A DNA stretch of 64,000 nt, from positions 1,327 to 65,326 of the forward strand of contig CAZYAV010000006.1 in NCBI GenBank assembly GCA_964645785.1. Direction: 5' to 3'. Shown one piece after another: positions 24,964-34,343 of this stretch. Positions within the stretch are counted from its first letter, which is position 1, and every line of letters begins with the position of its first letter. A program made the position numbers and the translations under genes. The stretch comes from an uncultured Oscillospiraceae bacterium. Lineage in GTDB: Bacteria; Bacillota; Clostridia; Oscillospirales; Ruminococcaceae. The notes under the pieces were generated by a model. It was not told where the DNA came from. It worked only from the letters and a program-made list of their open reading frames with translations, and made no database searches.

Positions 24964-25347
24964 TTATAGTGCGTCCACCATAGCGGACAGGTAGCTTGCG
25001 GAAACCGAGCTGTAGAGAAACCCGTCCACCAGCCCGTCCTTTTTGGCTTGCCGCACCTCGTCCGCCAGCTTTTTTTCGGCATTCTCGTCCACCACCAGCA
25101 CGGTTTTGCAGCCGGGAACCTCCCGCTTCAGCCCATCCAGAAGCTTCAGCCGCGCCGCCAGGCCAAAGGCCGGATAGCCGGTGACCTCCATCACCAGCAC
25201 ATTGGCAAGGACGGTTCTGCACAGCGTCAGGGTCTCGGCCGGCTCATCGCTCAAAACCGGCTCGAGGTCGGGGTCAAAGCGGCACAGCGATTCCGCGATG
25301 GCGTCGGCAAACAGGGCGTTTTGCATATCAATCACGATCCTGCGCAT
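24964..25347 (-). CDS. receiver-like (pseudo-receiver) single-domain protein
   Basis: Subset of ORF 24964..25650. The ATG at 25347 is preceded by GGGAGG. CheY-like beta/alpha periodicity, but the acidic pocket reads IVIDMQ. The expected phospho-acceptor position reads VLVMEVTG (Glu, not Asp). Confidence 0.5.
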   Translation of the reverse strand: MRRIVIDMQNALFADAIAESLCRFDPDLEPVLSDEPAETLTLCRTVLANVLVMEVTGYPAFGLAARLKLLDGLKREVPGCKTVLVVDENAEKKLADEVRQAKKDGLVDGFLYSSVSASYLSAMVDAL

Positions 25348-25477
25348 GAGGCATCCTCCCTTAAGGTTACGCGTTTGCTTTCCGTTGTAGCCAGTATAGC
25401 GGAAAACGCCGTTTTGCGCCCTGTCCGCAGGGACAGGGCGCGGGAATTTTGCTATAAGAAAATTCGTCAACGGGGCA

Positions 25478-25528
25478 GAAGTGCGCGCCAATCCCCCCGG
25501 CATCCGCCGGCAGCGCGCGCACGGTTCC
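25478..25528 (-). repeat. 51-nt structured intergenic element, copy 2 (inverted relative to copy 1)
   Basis: The reverse complement is 51/51 identical to 9273..9323. It lies about 130 nt upstream of the receiver-like gene, in the same orientation relative to its downstream gene as copy 1. Confidence 0.85.
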
Positions 25529-25877
25529 CGGAAGAGATGGAAGCGAGATTCTGCCGCAAAATCAAGCGCGATTCGCTTGTCCCGGGCATTGCGCACAGCC
25601 CGCCATCCAAAACGGCTGCCCCGCCCTATCGGCGCGCACACCGGCAGCATTTATGAATTTTTATGCAAAGCTCTATGCGCGGAGAAGGCGCGCAGGCCGG
25701 CGGATTGGAGGCTGTGCAGAGCGCTTTTGCGCGCAGAGGCTGCTCCGCCCATGCATTCGCAATCGGCCGTTCCTGGCTCCTTTGCCGAACTTTTTCAGTA
25801 AAATCCCCGGCCTCCTTTGCCTTGACGATGCAAGGGGCGGAAGGCCAGGGATTTTCTTTTATAAGCTCCTGTCCTTT

Positions 25878-26531
25878 TTATTCCGGCGCGTCGGGCTCCA
25901 TGTCCTCGGGCAGGCTCGGGATGATGAACTGCCTGCCCGTCACCGCGATGGCCAGCCGCGTCTTGTTGGCGTAGCCGGTTTTTTGCAGGATGTTGGAGAC
26001 ATGGTACTTCACGGTTCGCTCCGAAAGGCCGAGCGCCCCGCCGATCTCGCTGTATTCCAGCCCGTCGCACACCAGGCGCAGCACCTGAATCTCCTTGGCC
26101 GTCAGCTCGGTGCTGTCGGCCAGCCCCAGCTGAACCGCGGGCGTCTTTTGCGGGAACAGGTGCTCCCCCGCCATCGTGCGGTCCATCACCTCCAGCAGCT
26201 CCTCCGGGCTGAGATCCTTGTACCAGAAGCTGTCCGCCTTTGCCGCTTTGGCGCGCTCCAAAAAGCCGACCTCCACCATCGAGGTCACAATGATAATCTT
26301 GATGTCCGGGAACGCCGCCTTAATCTCGGCGGCGGCCTCGATGCCGTCCTTGCCGCCCGCCGTGCACACGTCCATCAAAATCAGATCGGGACGCCGCTGC
26401 CGGCAAAAGGCAAGGGCGATGTCCGCGCCGCTCACGCTGCCGGCAAGCGCGTAGGTTCCGCTGCCCGCAATCATCTGCTCCATATACTTGCGGGGCATAC
26501 GCTGGTCTTCCACAATCAGCACCTGTGTCAT
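25878..26531 (-). CDS. NarL/FixJ (LuxR-type) response regulator
   Basis: Subset of ORF 25878..27380, ATG at 26531. MTQVLIVEDQ...DLILMDVCT...IIIVTS... receiver plus LTAKEIQVLRLVCDGLEYSEIGGALGLSERTVKYHVSNI HTH. Confidence 0.9.
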   Translation of the reverse strand: MTQVLIVEDQRMPRKYMEQMIAGSGTYALAGSVSGADIALAFCRQRRPDLILMDVCTAGGKDGIEAAAEIKAAFPDIKIIIVTSMVEVGFLERAKAAKADSFWYKDLSPEELLEVMDRTMAGEHLFPQKTPAVQLGLADSTELTAKEIQVLRLVCDGLEYSEIGGALGLSERTVKYHVSNILQKTGYANKTRLAIAVTGRQFIIPSLPEDMEPDAPE

Positions 26532-26659
26532 GGCGCGTTCTCCTTTTCTGTGTAAGTGCGGCGCCGAACCGCCTTGCTCGGCGATGGCAGCCAATATACG
26601 GCGCACGCTAACGATAAGCGGGCGCTGCCCACCCCCCGCCGAAACCCGTTCGCCGGTTT

Positions 26660-27949
26660 TCAAAGCGGGCTGGACGGTACGGGTACGGTGACGGTCAGCA
26701 CAACGTGGGGCAGCGACTGGATTTCCATCCGCCCGCCCAAATTTGCCGCCTGGCGGCGCAGGTTGAGCAGCCCGCCCCGGGGGACGATTTCGCCCTGCGG
26801 GGGCGCGCCGTTGCAGCCGGCGCGCAGCGTGGCTCTGCCGTCCTCCTCGGTGACGGCGGCGCAAAGCTCGGTCGCGCCCGCATGGCGCACCCCGTTGGAA
26901 AGGCATTCCCGCAAGGCCAGCACAAACAGGCCGGCAGCCTCCGCCTGCTGCGGCAGCGCGCCGGTCAGCCGCACCCTGACCCCGATAGTGGCGGCGTCGC
27001 GCAGAAACGCCGCCAGCTCGCCGTGGGTTTCCGGGGCCTCGTTGTCGCTTTTCAGCGCGCTGACAGCCTTTTGAAACAGGCGCAGGTTTTCTTCGGCATC
27101 CCGGGGCGGCGCATCCTGCCGCAAAAGCTGCCGGATAGCGACGATGCCCGCGCCGATCTGGTCGTGCAGCCTTGTTTTGGCCGCAAGGATCTCGGTCTCC
27201 TTTGTCAGCGTCTGCACATTGTCCGAAAGAGCCTTTAAATCGCGGGCAAGGGCTTCCAGCTTTTTTGTCTGCTCCCTGAGCTCGAGGCCTTTTTCGTACA
27301 GCGCCGTCACGTCCGAAAACACTACCTGCAGGTAAACCGTCCCGTCGGAGACCGTCACCGGGGTCTCGGCATAGCGCCACGCCTTTTTGTCCGGGAAGAG
27401 ATAGGTGCGCTCCCCGCCGGCGGGCTGTACGGCGCGGTCAGCCTCGTCACAGGCCGCAAGCGCCCGCCGCAGCTCGTCCAAATGCTGCAAATCGCGCTGC
27501 GCCAGCATCCGGTACAGCCGGTGCAGCTGCAAATTGCACAGCACCGGCAGCCCTTCCCGGGTAAAAAAGCCGATTCCGCTGGGCAGCGTGTCCATCGCCT
27601 GCTTGATTGAATGCAGGCCGAGGGCGCCGTCCTTTCCGGTCAGGCAAAGGGCGATTTTGCAAAGGAAAACGGCGCCCGCCGCCCCCACGGCAGCCCACAG
27701 CGCCCACACGGGCGGCGCAAAGCGGGATGCCCCCGAAGCGCCGGAGGTCGCCTGCTTATAAGAGACCGTCAGCAGGTTCAGCAGCAGAAACAGCGCCAGC
27801 AGCGCCCCCGCGGCAAGCCGCCGGCTCAGGCGGCTCCCACTTTTCCCGGCGCTGAGCAGCAGATAGAATATCCCGGCAAGCAGCGTGAAAAACAGGCAGA
27901 TCAGCAGCGCCGATTGTCCGGAAAAGGAGAGCATCCAAAACGGCTTCAT
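26660..27949 (-). CDS. sensor histidine kinase, HisKA_3 (NarL-partner) type
   Basis: Subset of ORF 26660..27991. The ATG at 27949 forms an ATGA overlap with the upstream gene. N-terminal TM segments, H-box KTRLHDQIGAG, N-box ECLSNGVRHAGAT. Confidence 0.85.
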   Translation of the reverse strand: MKPFWMLSFSGQSALLICLFFTLLAGIFYLLLSAGKSGSRLSRRLAAGALLALFLLLNLLTVSYKQATSGASGASRFAPPVWALWAAVGAAGAVFLCKIALCLTGKDGALGLHSIKQAMDTLPSGIGFFTREGLPVLCNLQLHRLYRMLAQRDLQHLDELRRALAACDEADRAVQPAGGERTYLFPDKKAWRYAETPVTVSDGTVYLQVVFSDVTALYEKGLELREQTKKLEALARDLKALSDNVQTLTKETEILAAKTRLHDQIGAGIVAIRQLLRQDAPPRDAEENLRLFQKAVSALKSDNEAPETHGELAAFLRDAATIGVRVRLTGALPQQAEAAGLFVLALRECLSNGVRHAGATELCAAVTEEDGRATLRAGCNGAPPQGEIVPRGGLLNLRRQAANLGGRMEIQSLPHVVLTVTVPVPSSPL

Positions 27950-29580
27950 TCCCGCCTCACCGCCCTCCTTGCGCGCAGGGTAAAGCGCCACACGCCGTCC
28001 GCCATGCCGCTGCTCTCACAGGGGTGCCGCAGCACCGGAAGCGGGGCGTCGCACTCCATCTCGATGTGCAGCAGCACGGCGTCGGCGAGGACGCGCGCTT
28101 TCAGCCAGACAAAGCGCAGCCCCTCCAGCGCGGCCTCCGCCGCCTCCTCAAAAAAGTCATAGGCCAGGGTCGCGTCCCCGGTGAGGACGCGGACGCCGCC
28201 GGGAATCTCCGCCGCGCAGGATACCCCCATCAGCCGCAGGTTGGAAAGGGATTCCTCAAAACACAGGGACAGCTCCGCCGTGTCGATTGTCTCGGCCGTC
28301 TCCCCGATAAAGATCAGATTGCCCCGGCGCTTGATGTACGCGCCAATCACGGCCATCTGCGCCAGCAGCCGGCGCTGCCCGGCCGCGCCGCCCGCCTCGC
28401 GATACCGCGAAAGCAGCGCGCCCAGCTGCTCGATCTGCGGGGCGGTCGTCCCCTGCAGCAGGTCGTACAGCCGGTTCTTTTCCCGAAAGCCGAGAATCTC
28501 CCGCCTGACGCGGTAATTCTCCTGCTCCAGGTGATTTTTCTCCGCAAGCGCCTTCCGGTTTTCCTCCAGCCTGTCGAGCAGGGCGGCGAGGTCGGCGACG
28601 TCCTCCCGCCAATACACAAAGCCCCCGTCGATGGGGTGGCTTTTCAGCAGCGTGTTTTTGTCCAGATTGACCGTGCGCGTCTGCGAAGCGCGCATGGCGT
28701 CCGGCGAAAGCGCGCAGAAGCCGGCGGAGGAGCACCAGACATGCCCGGTTTGATCCGTGATCTGCGCGCCGGGGATTCCGGCAAGGAACAGCTCGTCGTA
28801 CCCGCTGTTGGTCGGGACAAGCCCGCACTGGATGCAGCTTTCCAGGATACCGGCAAACAGCAGGCACTGCACGGCCGTGATATCTCCGCCAATTACCTGC
28901 ATCCACTCGGCTCCGCTTATATAAATGACGCCGTACACGATGGAGACGAGCAAAAGCAGCGCCGGCAGATACCACTTTTTCTGCGCCACCCGGCATTGCA
29001 GCAGCATACAGCCAAAGGCGAAGAGCGCGCAGGCAATCTCCCACCCCATGACAAAATAATAGCCGGTGCCGTAGCCGTAGTCGTGATCGCTCCAGGCCGC
29101 CCCGGCGGGAAAGGTAAAGACAAGCCGGTGCGCGTCGTTTGTCAGTACCAGCAAAATCAACAGCAGGGTCGGCAGATACAGCAGCGCCGCCCGCCCGGGC
29201 AGGCGGTAGTGCTCCGGCTTGCCCAGCGACAGGGAGACAAACACCGAGAGCAGCGGAATCATCAGCATGGGGAAATAGTACCAGTACCACAGATGGCGGC
29301 TGACATTTACGGAGAAGACAAAGAAATATTTCAGGCTGCGCACCGCAAACCAGAACACCATCAGCGCCGCAATGCCGGCAAAGTACCGGCGCACCTGCGG
29401 CTGCAAAATGCGGCGGCTGAGCGAAAAGCCCCAGCCCATATACAGCCCGATGTAGAGCATGGTGCGCAGCAGCCCCACCGGAACAGAGCAGATGTCCAGC
29501 TTCGCCAACACGCGGCAGAGCATGGCGCAGGCGACCAGCGCCGCCACCAGAACCCCAACCCTTCGGCTGCGTTTTGCCAC
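27946..29580 (-). CDS. 7TM-receptor-like membrane protein with degenerate histidine-kinase-like C-terminus (H-box His replaced by Tyr)
   Basis: 544 aa, GTG start. About 7 N-terminal TM segments. The C-terminal part parallels the neighbouring kinase (coiled coil, then KNRLYDLLQGT where the partner has KTRLHDQIGAG; ESLSNLRLMG versus ECLSNGVRHAG). No G1/G2 ATP-lid motifs recognised. Confidence 0.75.
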   Translation of the reverse strand: MAKRSRRVGVLVAALVACAMLCRVLAKLDICSVPVGLLRTMLYIGLYMGWGFSLSRRILQPQVRRYFAGIAALMVFWFAVRSLKYFFVFSVNVSRHLWYWYYFPMLMIPLLSVFVSLSLGKPEHYRLPGRAALLYLPTLLLILLVLTNDAHRLVFTFPAGAAWSDHDYGYGTGYYFVMGWEIACALFAFGCMLLQCRVAQKKWYLPALLLLVSIVYGVIYISGAEWMQVIGGDITAVQCLLFAGILESCIQCGLVPTNSGYDELFLAGIPGAQITDQTGHVWCSSAGFCALSPDAMRASQTRTVNLDKNTLLKSHPIDGGFVYWREDVADLAALLDRLEENRKALAEKNHLEQENYRVRREILGFREKNRLYDLLQGTTAPQIEQLGALLSRYREAGGAAGQRRLLAQMAVIGAYIKRRGNLIFIGETAETIDTAELSLCFEESLSNLRLMGVSCAAEIPGGVRVLTGDATLAYDFFEEAAEAALEGLRFVWLKARVLADAVLLHIEMECDAPLPVLRHPCESSGMADGVWRFTLRARRAVRRE

Positions 29581-29925
29581 CCGCAGGACGCCCCCTTTTC
29601 GACAAATCCGTTCAAAAATTTCCGGCGCGGCCTGCGCGTTTGAACAGGCTCCGCGCGCGCCGGGCCGCTTATCCGCCCCAAAAGCCCAAAATGCAAAAAT
29701 ATTTCCGCACCCCTACCCTTTTGCGGGTTTGGGGTGGGGACAAAAGCCGAATAATCGCGTACATTGGCAGTACAGGCGGGGTCAGGGGCGGCGCCGCGCC
29801 CCGCTGTCCGGTACGGCATATTGGCACCAGTATAGCACAATTGCCCTGCAAAATCGAGGGGCGAACCGACGCCCCGGCAGCAGGCGACGCGCGCAAGGCA
29901 CGCGCAGAGAAAGGAGCAAGCACAT

Positions 29926-31260
29926 ATGGGATTGATTAAAGCGGCATTGGGTTCGGCAGGCGGCGTAATGGCCGAGCAGTGGAAGGAGTTCTTTTACTGC
30001 GAGGCGATGCCCGCGGACATTCTGGCCATCAAGGGGCAAAAGCGCACCTCCGGGCGCTCCAGCAACACCCGGGGCAGCGACAACATCATCACCAGCGGCT
30101 CGGTCATCGCCGTGGCCGACGGCCAGTGCATGATGATTGTGGAGCAGGGCAAGGTGGTGGAGCTGTGCGCCGAGCCGGGCGAGTTCACCTACGACGCCTC
30201 CACCGAGCCGAGCATCTTCAGCGGCAGCCTGGGCGACGGCATCAAGCAGATGTTCGGGCAGATCGGCAAGCGGTTCACCTTTGGCGGCGAACCGCCCAAG
30301 GATCAGCGGGTCTACTACTTCAACACCAAGGAGATTATCGGCAACAAGTACGGCACCGCTTCCCCGGTTCCGTTCCGGGTCATTGACCAGCGCGCGGGCA
30401 TTGATTTGGATATCTCCATCCGCTGTTTTGGCGAATACAGCTACAGGCTGGTGAACCCGCTGGCCTTTTATACCAACGTGTGCGGAAACATGACCGAATC
30501 CTACAACCGCGCGGAGATTGACAGCCAGCTAAAAAGCGAGCTGCTCACCGCGCTGCAGCCCGCTTTTGCGCGCATCAGCGAGATGGGCGTGCGCTATTCT
30601 GCCCTGCCCGGCCACACCGAGGAGCTGTCTCAGGCGCTCAAAGAGATTCTCTCCAGCAAGTGGCGGGACAACCGCGGCATCGAGATCGGTACCGTGGGGG
30701 TCAGCTCGGTAAAGGCCAACGAGGAAGACGAGCAGATGATCAAGGAGATGCAGCGCGAGGCAACCTATACCGACCCGACCCGCGCCGCCGGGGCGATTAC
30801 CCGCGCGCAGGCCGAGGCCATGAAGGCGGCGGCCTCCAACACCTCCACCGGGCCCGCAATGGCCTTTATGGGCATGGGCATGGCCGGCCAGATGGGCGGC
30901 ATGAACGCCCAGAACCTGTACGCGATGGGGCAGCAGCAACAGCAGATGCAGCCGCAGGCCGCCCCCGCCCCGGCACCCGCGGCACCCGCCGGGTGGACAT
31001 GTGCGTGCGGGCAGGGCGGCAACACGGGCAATTTCTGCCAGAGCTGCGGCAAGCCCAAGCCCGCGGACGCCGCCGGGTGGGTCTGCTCCTGCGGCGCGGT
31101 GAACAAGGGCAAATTCTGCGCCCAGTGCGGCAAGCCGAAGCCCGCCGGGGTGCCCCAGTACAAGTGCGATAAATGCGGCTGGGAGCCGGAAGACCCCGCC
31201 CATCCGCCCAAGTTCTGCCCCGAGTGCGGCGACTCCTTTGACGACGGAGATTTGCAGTGA
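29926..31260 (+). CDS. SPFH/band-7 domain protein with C-terminal triple zinc ribbon (COG4260; B. subtilis YdjI-like)
   Basis: 444 aa, RBS AAAGGAG. N-terminus MGLIKAALGSAGGVMAEQWKEFFYCEAM... is typical of the COG4260/YdjI family. Gln-rich linker, then three CxxC...CxxC units (CACG..CQSCG, CSCG..CAQCG, CDKCG..CPECG). Confidence 0.8.
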   Translation: MGLIKAALGSAGGVMAEQWKEFFYCEAMPADILAIKGQKRTSGRSSNTRGSDNIITSGSVIAVADGQCMMIVEQGKVVELCAEPGEFTYDASTEPSIFSGSLGDGIKQMFGQIGKRFTFGGEPPKDQRVYYFNTKEIIGNKYGTASPVPFRVIDQRAGIDLDISIRCFGEYSYRLVNPLAFYTNVCGNMTESYNRAEIDSQLKSELLTALQPAFARISEMGVRYSALPGHTEELSQALKEILSSKWRDNRGIEIGTVGVSSVKANEEDEQMIKEMQREATYTDPTRAAGAITRAQAEAMKAAASNTSTGPAMAFMGMGMAGQMGGMNAQNLYAMGQQQQQMQPQAAPAPAPAAPAGWTCACGQGGNTGNFCQSCGKPKPADAAGWVCSCGAVNKGKFCAQCGKPKPAGVPQYKCDKCGWEPEDPAHPPKFCPECGDSFDDGDLQ

Positions 31261-31844
31261 AGCGCTGGGTGCGGCGCATCCTTATTTTGGTGCTGATTTT
31301 GCTGGTGCTGCTGGCTGTCGGGGCGCTGCTTTTCAGAATCTACGTCAAAAACCGTATTATGGATAATGGAATGGAGTGGGGCGAACGGATGAACGGCGAA
31401 CCGGACTACCCTTTGACCGGGGCTCACACCTATGTGGATAACGGCGAGCTGTTCCCGGTTCTGCTGGGAACCTGGCAGAGCGACGACGGACGCTGGAGCG
31501 TGACCCTCACTCCCGTGCAGGACGACGGCTTTGATCTGCACATGGTTCTGACATGCGGCGGAGAAATGGCGATGGCGTGCGATCTCGACTATGTCTATTT
31601 CCTACCCCGCGGCTTGTACGACCCAACGGAGTTGCGGCCGAAAACATGGGAGCTCGGGCTCACCGACGGCAGCGGAAACAGTTTGGGCACCTTCATGGGG
31701 CTTTATTATGAGGAGGACTATGAGGAGAACGAGGGCGACAGGATCCTGACTCTGACGGTTTTACTCGAAAATGGCACATGGGAAACTGCCACGCTTATCA
31801 AACAAACTACCATACAGACGGAAAATTGTGAGGTGCAAACATGA
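31257..31844 (+). CDS. N-terminally membrane-anchored protein, unknown function
   Basis: 195 aa. GTG start overlaps the upstream stop. TM segment ILILVLILLVLLAVGALLF. The extracytoplasmic domain is paralogous to residues ~45-165 of the 37299..38738 product (HTYVDNGELFPVLLGTWQSDDGRW / HTYADNPALFAVLEGRWASADGYW; LDYVYFLP / LDFVYLLP). Confidence 0.7.
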   Translation: MKRWVRRILILVLILLVLLAVGALLFRIYVKNRIMDNGMEWGERMNGEPDYPLTGAHTYVDNGELFPVLLGTWQSDDGRWSVTLTPVQDDGFDLHMVLTCGGEMAMACDLDYVYFLPRGLYDPTELRPKTWELGLTDGSGNSLGTFMGLYYEEDYEENEGDRILTLTVLLENGTWETATLIKQTTIQTENCEVQT

Positions 31845-32254
31845 AAGGGCAGGGCTTTTTGAAAGTTACATCCATTCTTATGATTATCGGCGGCGTGATC
31901 TCCATCATCGTGAGCGTGATTGCCGTGGCCGGTGTGGGGGCGCTGGTGGCGCTGGGAGCCGGCGCTGTTTCGGGCATGGGGCTGCTGTATTGCAGCACCG
32001 GGCTTTTGGTGGTTGCGTCGGTCATCGAGCTGATTGCGGGCATCAAGGGGGTCGGTGCGTGCAGTGCACCAATCAAGGCGGCCGCCTGCGTCAAGTGGGG
32101 CGTTATCGTCGCCGCACTCAGCGTCATTTCCATGATTGTCGGCCTCATCGGCGGCAGTGATTTCAGCATCGTCAACCTTCTGCTGAACCTGATTCTGCCT
32201 GCGCTCTATGTGTACGGCGCAATTCAGATGAAAAACGGCGCGATGCCGCAGTAA
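31841..32254 (+). CDS. small integral membrane protein (about 4 TM)
   Basis: 137 aa, ATGA overlap with the upstream gene, Gly/Ala/Val/Ile-rich hydrophobic segments. Confidence 0.7.
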   Translation: MKGQGFLKVTSILMIIGGVISIIVSVIAVAGVGALVALGAGAVSGMGLLYCSTGLLVVASVIELIAGIKGVGACSAPIKAAACVKWGVIVAALSVISMIVGLIGGSDFSIVNLLLNLILPALYVYGAIQMKNGAMPQ

Positions 32255-32403
32255 GCGCGCGAGAGGGAGAACCGGGAAATGCGTGCGCGAAAAACGCTCC
32301 CGCCGCTGCAGCGGCGGCGGATCCTGCAAACACCGGGTGCGCGCCGCATTCCCCGGCGAATTCCGCGCATCCACAGTAACATTCACATAACCTGAGGGGG
32401 GAA

Positions 32404-32751
32404 ATGGCAACGATGAAAAAACTTACTAAGCTTCTGGTTCTGGCGATCGCTCTAATCCTGATTCTGTCCCTGACCGCCTGCGGCAGTAAAGACGCGCTCG
32501 CGGGCACCTGGAGCGCCGATCTCGGCGACGACGGCACGATCACCTGGACATTCGATGGCAGGGGCAAATGCACGATGGAGAACTTCTTCACAAAGCAGCA
32601 GGGGAGCTATACCATTGAGGGCGACCAGCTGACGGTGTTGCTCGAGCTCTGGGACGAGCCGAGCGTCTACACCTTCAACGTGGACGGGGACAGCTTCACC
32701 CTGGAGGAAAATTCGGGTCTCGGGATTTCGGGGACGTTTGCCAAGCAGTGA
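32404..32751 (+). CDS. small lipoprotein with lipocalin-like beta-rich domain
   Basis: 115 aa, lipobox LSLTACG (alternative start 32413). The GTWSAD...ITWTFDGRGK...YTIEGDQLTV...FTLEE pattern suggests a small beta-barrel domain. Confidence 0.7.
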   Translation: MATMKKLTKLLVLAIALILILSLTACGSKDALAGTWSADLGDDGTITWTFDGRGKCTMENFFTKQQGSYTIEGDQLTVLLELWDEPSVYTFNVDGDSFTLEENSGLGISGTFAKQ

Positions 32752-32821
32752 CGCGGCGCGGCCGCGTCGACAAGCACACACCGGCGTCCCGCGCGGGGCG
32801 TTGATCTGAGGAGGTTGTGAA

Positions 32822-34213
32822 ATGAAAAAATTTTTGTCCGTTTTGTTGACGGTTGTACTGGTTCTGTCCCTTGCCGCTTGCGGCAAGGGAACGGGGGACG
32901 CGGGCTTTTATGTCCTGACCTCCCTAAGCGGGGATGGCATGACCCTCGACAAGGACACCCTCGAGCTGCTCGGCCTGTACGGCACGATGTATCTCGAGCT
33001 GCGGGAGGACGGAACCGGCGTTTTGAGCATGGGCGACGGCGACGATTTGGCGCTCACCTGGAAGAAGGGCGTCATCACCGCCGACGGCGAGAGCTCGAAG
33101 TACACCCTCAAGGGAGACGAGCTGACCATCGAGATCGACGGAGCTGCCATGGTTTTCACCCGCGAGGACAAGAGTGCGTTCTCCTCTACCTCGGGCGGCT
33201 CCAGCAATTTGGGAGGTCTCGGAAACCTCGGCAGCGACGACACCCTGCTCGACTTCTGGAATGGCGAGTGGTACGGCTGGTGGGCGATGCTCGGCGCAGA
33301 CGGCGAGTATGAGGAGCTGAGCGGCCAGTGGTGGGATACCTGCGGTGTCATCGACATCGGCGACGACTATACCGGCACTGTCGAGCTTTGGGATGAGGAC
33401 GGCGACCCCTACAACCTCCTCTGCTCGGTGGACGTCAGCCTGAGCGGCTCGGGCACCAGCCAATACGGCACGGTGATGTCCGAGGACGGATGGTTCGGCG
33501 ACTGCCTCGTCGGGCACGCCGACTGGATTGTCGACCCCGGCCTTGCGGATTACGACAACATGATCTGGATCGACGGCTCCTATGAGGACGACTATGGCAG
33601 CTTTACCATCTCGATCTATTTGAAGCCGTGGGGCGAGCGCTGGGACGACGTGGAGGCGGCGCAGCCCCAGGATGTGCCCTATTATTACTACGACTGGTAC
33701 CTGCCCCTCATCGAGGCGGGCGAGCCCATGCCCGATGTGATCGGCGACATGTCCTCCGTCACGACCCCCTCCGGCGGCTTCAGCGGCGGCCTCGACGACG
33801 ACGGCCCGGGCGCCGTGAGCGGCATGATCCCCATTGGGGACAGCGGCGTGCTCGGCGTGATTTTGCCGGACGGCTTCTCCTACAACGACGGCTGGTACTG
33901 CTACTCCGATTCGGATTTCGAGACGGCCATCTGGCTGGCGGATGCCAAGGTCTATAAGGATCAGGCCGAGCTCGAGCTCTACATGACGGATAAAGCCGTA
34001 ACCGAAACGGCAACCCTCGGCGGCCGCACCGTCTATATCACCGAGGATCCCGACAGCTTCTACGGCGCCGAGACCGTCTATTACGTAGTTCTCGACGGCC
34101 TCGGGGACTGCTATGCGTGCAGCATCAAGGTAAGCTCCAACGTGGGGGATATGGCCGCCACCCAGACCCCGGCCATCCGGGATATGATTGCGAGCATCGC
34201 CGAGATGGGCTGA
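32822..34213 (+). CDS. lipoprotein, unknown function (463 aa, acidic, Trp/Tyr/Asp/Gly-rich)
   Basis: RBS GAGGAGG, lipobox LSLAACG. The N-terminal module GFYVLTSLSGDGMTLDKDTLELLGLYGTMYLELREDGTG is shared with the N-terminus of the 40349..41221 product. Confidence 0.75.
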   Translation: MKKFLSVLLTVVLVLSLAACGKGTGDAGFYVLTSLSGDGMTLDKDTLELLGLYGTMYLELREDGTGVLSMGDGDDLALTWKKGVITADGESSKYTLKGDELTIEIDGAAMVFTREDKSAFSSTSGGSSNLGGLGNLGSDDTLLDFWNGEWYGWWAMLGADGEYEELSGQWWDTCGVIDIGDDYTGTVELWDEDGDPYNLLCSVDVSLSGSGTSQYGTVMSEDGWFGDCLVGHADWIVDPGLADYDNMIWIDGSYEDDYGSFTISIYLKPWGERWDDVEAAQPQDVPYYYYDWYLPLIEAGEPMPDVIGDMSSVTTPSGGFSGGLDDDGPGAVSGMIPIGDSGVLGVILPDGFSYNDGWYCYSDSDFETAIWLADAKVYKDQAELELYMTDKAVTETATLGGRTVYITEDPDSFYGAETVYYVVLDGLGDCYACSIKVSSNVGDMAATQTPAIRDMIASIAEMG

Positions 34214-34343
34214 TTGCCCCGCATCAAGGCGGCTCCCCCCTCGCGGGGAAAAGAGAATTTGATCTTGCACGAACAGGGGAGGCCCGTCCGGCAGCGGGCG
34301 GGTCTCTCTTTTAGAAACCTGAAACCGAGAAAGAGGTGATTTC

